Assembly (NCBI GenBank): GCA_015055865.1
Contig: SVHK01000001.1
Span: forward strand, 6,628-70,627
DNA from: Clostridiales bacterium
GTDB lineage: Bacteria; Bacillota; Clostridia; Christensenellales; Borkfalkiaceae
Direction of reading: 5' to 3'
DNA: 64,000 nt
The notes under the pieces are model-generated. The model was not told where the DNA came from. It made no database searches and saw nothing but the letters and a program-made list of their open reading frames with translations. The translations under genes and the position numbers were made by a program. Shown here piece after piece: positions 62,625 through 64,000 of this stretch (positions are counted from its first letter, which is position 1; the number at the start of each line of letters is the position of its first letter).

Positions 62625-63482
62625 TTACCATTTTTTAACTTTCATTGCCTTAATCACGATAGGCTTAACGGGTACTGCGTAGTCCGTTTCAGAACTTCCC
62701 GCAAACTCGTCTTCTTCGTTAATCGTTACTTTTACGGTCGGCGCAAAATCCGTCGCGTCGCCGACTTCGTCGATATACGCTTTTACCGCAGATTGCAAAT
62801 CTTCTAAGTTTTCAACGCTATCGTTGTCCTTAAGCGTAGCAAACGTACAATATCCGCCCGCATTCGTTGCCGTCGTAGACATTGCAATCGAGAACATACT
62901 CGTCGCGCTATTGTAAGCGTAATCTTTCATATCCGCGCCACCGCCGGACTTTTCTACGAATACCGATTCCTTGCTTGCCGTCGTACCTTTATCGGTATAA
63001 CGCATCGTCAACGCGCCGAAAGAATTTTTAATCGTACCGTTTTCTACACGGAAACTGTTAGAAGAAAATTCACCGTAAAGCGTGTAAGTCGATTTCGTTC
63101 TTTCACTATCAAACCAAACGGTCGAAGTCAAATTCAAGGCTTTCGCCGCGGTCAAGTACGACTTATAAACGAGTCCGCCTTGTTCGTCTTTTTCAGAATC
63201 GAAAGAGTACACGCCCGTGTACCAAACGGTATCTTGATAATCGTGTACGCAAAGTCCGTCGTAATACTTACCGTCAACGAGTTCAAGGAAATGCGTTACC
63301 GTTGCAGGGGTAAGCTTTCTATTCATTTTATAGGTAAGCTCGTAGTCCTTTCCGTCGAAAGAAAGAGTCATCGACACTTCGGGGTGGGAAGTTTCACACG
63401 CGGAAAGCGTCGTAACGCACGCGAACGTACTCGTTACCGCTAAACCTAAACAAAGTAATTTTTTCATCATATTGCGCGCCAT
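62625..63482 (-). CDS. Lipoprotein with a divergent cyclophilin-type peptidyl-prolyl isomerase-like domain
   Basis: It has a signal peptide with the lipobox LSAC. TPATVTHFLELVDGKYYDGLCVHD resembles the cyclophilin motif. The ATG at 63482 has an AGGAGAAAA RBS. Confidence 0.55.
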   Translation of the reverse strand: MARNMMKKLLCLGLAVTSTFACVTTLSACETSHPEVSMTLSFDGKDYELTYKMNRKLTPATVTHFLELVDGKYYDGLCVHDYQDTVWYTGVYSFDSEKDEQGGLVYKSYLTAAKALNLTSTVWFDSERTKSTYTLYGEFSSNSFRVENGTIKNSFGALTMRYTDKGTTASKESVFVEKSGGGADMKDYAYNSATSMFSIAMSTTATNAGGYCTFATLKDNDSVENLEDLQSAVKAYIDEVGDATDFAPTVKVTINEEDEFAGSSETDYAVPVKPIVIKAMKVKKW

Positions 63483-63605
63483 AGTATTTTCTCCTATCAG
63501 CTTTATTATTGTTTTCACTTAATTATTTTACCTTATTACTTGGCGTTCCGTCAAGTACTTTTACAAGGTTTTATCAAGGATTTTACGTAAAACCCGTTTT
63601 TTTGG

Positions 63606-64000
63606 TTACGCCGTAAAGTATTCGGGACTATAATCTTTAAAATACCCTTCGTCGTCCAACGTAAATTCAACCGTGACTTCCGCGCCACCACGCAAAACTT
63701 TAAAGATTACTTTATCGCCTTTCCTTGCGTTAAAGAGAAATTCGACCATTTCAAACGTTCTATTCACCGTCTTTTCCGCTAAATCGCCGAGTTTAATGGA
63801 TTTAATTACGTCGTTTACTTGGAATTTTCCGACCGCAAGTGAATTTTCACTCACTTCCACGACTTGTACCGACTCTTTAACTACGACTTTGCCTTCTTCG
63901 TTAAATTCCGCTTTCGACGACGACGCGCCCACGCTTACGCCGAACATAATCCGTTTCATCGTTCCGTTGTTTGCGATAACGTTATCAACGACGTATTTTA
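63606..64000 (-). CDS. C-terminal PDZ-containing part of a probable HtrA/DegP-like serine protease (5' end outside window)
   Basis: The frame stays open to the window edge upstream of the listed Met. The PDZ-like segment is GDVIKSI...GDKVIFKVLRGG. The protease domain itself is not visible. Confidence 0.5.
   Translation of the reverse strand, partial: KYVVDNVIANNGTMKRIMFGVSVGASSSKAEFNEEGKVVVKESVQVVEVSENSLAVGKFQVNDVIKSIKLGDLAEKTVNRTFEMVEFLFNARKGDKVIFKVLRGGAEVTVEFTLDDEGYFKDYSPEYFTA

Overview
The window is a 64-kb housekeeping stretch of a Bacillota (Clostridia-like) chromosome with moderate GC by eye. About 85% of genes lie on the minus strand. No searches were run, so product calls rest on motif recognition.

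Recognisable core genes:
- tsaD, prfB, secA, comFC, nagB, trmO, dtd, efp, pepP-like, ribF, truB, pheST, mscL, nth, uvrAB, ddl, murF, rimI, tsaB and tsaE.
- A ribU-like riboflavin transporter and a two-component system.

Regulatory RNAs and sites read from the sequence:
- A T-box leader upstream of pheS and an FMN riboswitch upstream of the riboflavin transporter.
- A Gram-positive LexA (Cheo) box upstream of uvrB.
- Several consensus or near-consensus sigma-A promoters (most TTGACA/TTGACT-17-TATAAT) and many hairpin terminators.
- One tRNA-Ser(UGA).

No rRNA, CRISPR/cas, integrase, transposase or obvious defence genes were seen.

Most unusual signals, all non-coding:
1. A modular, hairpin-rich repeat family (modules M1 of about 90 nt and M2 of about 100-150 nt) occurs at five intergenic loci, always in the same orientation and always inside transcribed spacers of minus-strand operons. 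The loci are comFC-secA, between the T-box terminator and pheS, between the LexA box and uvrB, murF-ddl, and the histidine kinase 3' region.
2. A 340-bp element bounded by inverted repeats holds about 7 tandem mini-hairpins, each preceded by an ATATAAC or GTGATAT spacer.
3. The tRNA-Ser locus is surrounded by direct and inverted copies of tRNA-Ser fragments. These include a 24-nt direct repeat of the tRNA 3' end and a degenerate 5' half inside the tRNA leader.
4. A terminator-defined candidate sRNA has C-rich loops.

Protein-level oddities:
- A sigma-B/F-type module carries two SpoIIAB-like proteins, one apparently degenerate.
- A polytopic membrane protein has acidic and basic charge blocks.
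- A 1382-aa BspA-type LRR surface protein has tandem Cys modules.
- MurF carries an N-terminal membrane domain.
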